From Gnetum montanum (Eukaryota > Plantae > Gnetophyta), in assembly GCA_015680685.1 (NCBI GenBank), contig MNCI01002612.1:183132-247131 (forward strand): a stretch of 64,000 bases of DNA, written 5' to 3'. Under the pieces are notes generated by a model, which saw only the letters and a program-made list of their open reading frames with translations, searched no databases and had not been told where the DNA came from. Position 1 is the first letter of the stretch, and each line of letters starts with the position of its first letter. A program made the position numbers and the translations under genes. Shown here one piece after another: positions 63,641 through 64,000 of this stretch.

Positions 63641-64000
63641 TTCTAATACCTGATCACAGAAGGAGGTGTAGATGTTTAGTGAGGACTAGCTACCTCATTT
63701 GGGTTGTGCATTCTACATTCAATGGGTTCCTAAGAATCATTTTAATGATTTGGTATGGCTCCCTGATCCTCCAGTGCTAGGGGATGTTGGCAAGGTTGGA
63801 TGGGATGAAGTCTATGGTGAGGATGATCAACCCCATGTTATCTATGTCCAACCACTATAGCAGTAGTAGTTTGGAGATGGAGTTGCTATTTTTCAATACT
63901 TGGAGACAATGCAGGCCAGGAAGAACACATGCATAGATGCTCTTGTTATGAGGATTAAAGAATTTGAGTCTCAAATGCATCAATGTTTTGGTTGTGTGTT

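Overview
Land-plant repeat-rich DNA made almost entirely of nested, decayed LTR retrotransposons. No intact host gene was found. An old Tat-lineage Ty3/Gypsy element (B, + strand, 17166-57745, 5' half not in the window) contains two clear insertions. One is a complete related Tat element (C, 24111-41478, TSD GATAG) in its integrase. The other is a complete Athila element (D, 44079-57346, minus strand, TSD GCAGA) in its 3' LTR. A third relative (A, minus strand, <1-17165) abuts B and is probably inserted in it. The right end holds relics of a MULE/SWIM transposase-like gene, a Copia integrase and an accessory ORF. The main finding is the architecture of the Tat family (complete in A and C, partial in B). 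gag-protease ends in a stop and is separated from RT-RH-aRH-INT by a 5.3-5.7 kb insert. The insert carries an antisense, roughly 8-exon gene (about 1,050-1,100 aa) with conserved splice sites. By eye it encodes an FCP1/NIF-like HAD phosphatase fold that looks catalytically degenerate, a PMD/Transposase_32-like domain and a coiled coil. Each element also has its own palindromic AGCGT-core repeat motif shared between its LTR and internal spacer. All domain calls come from manual translation and motif recall, not database searches.
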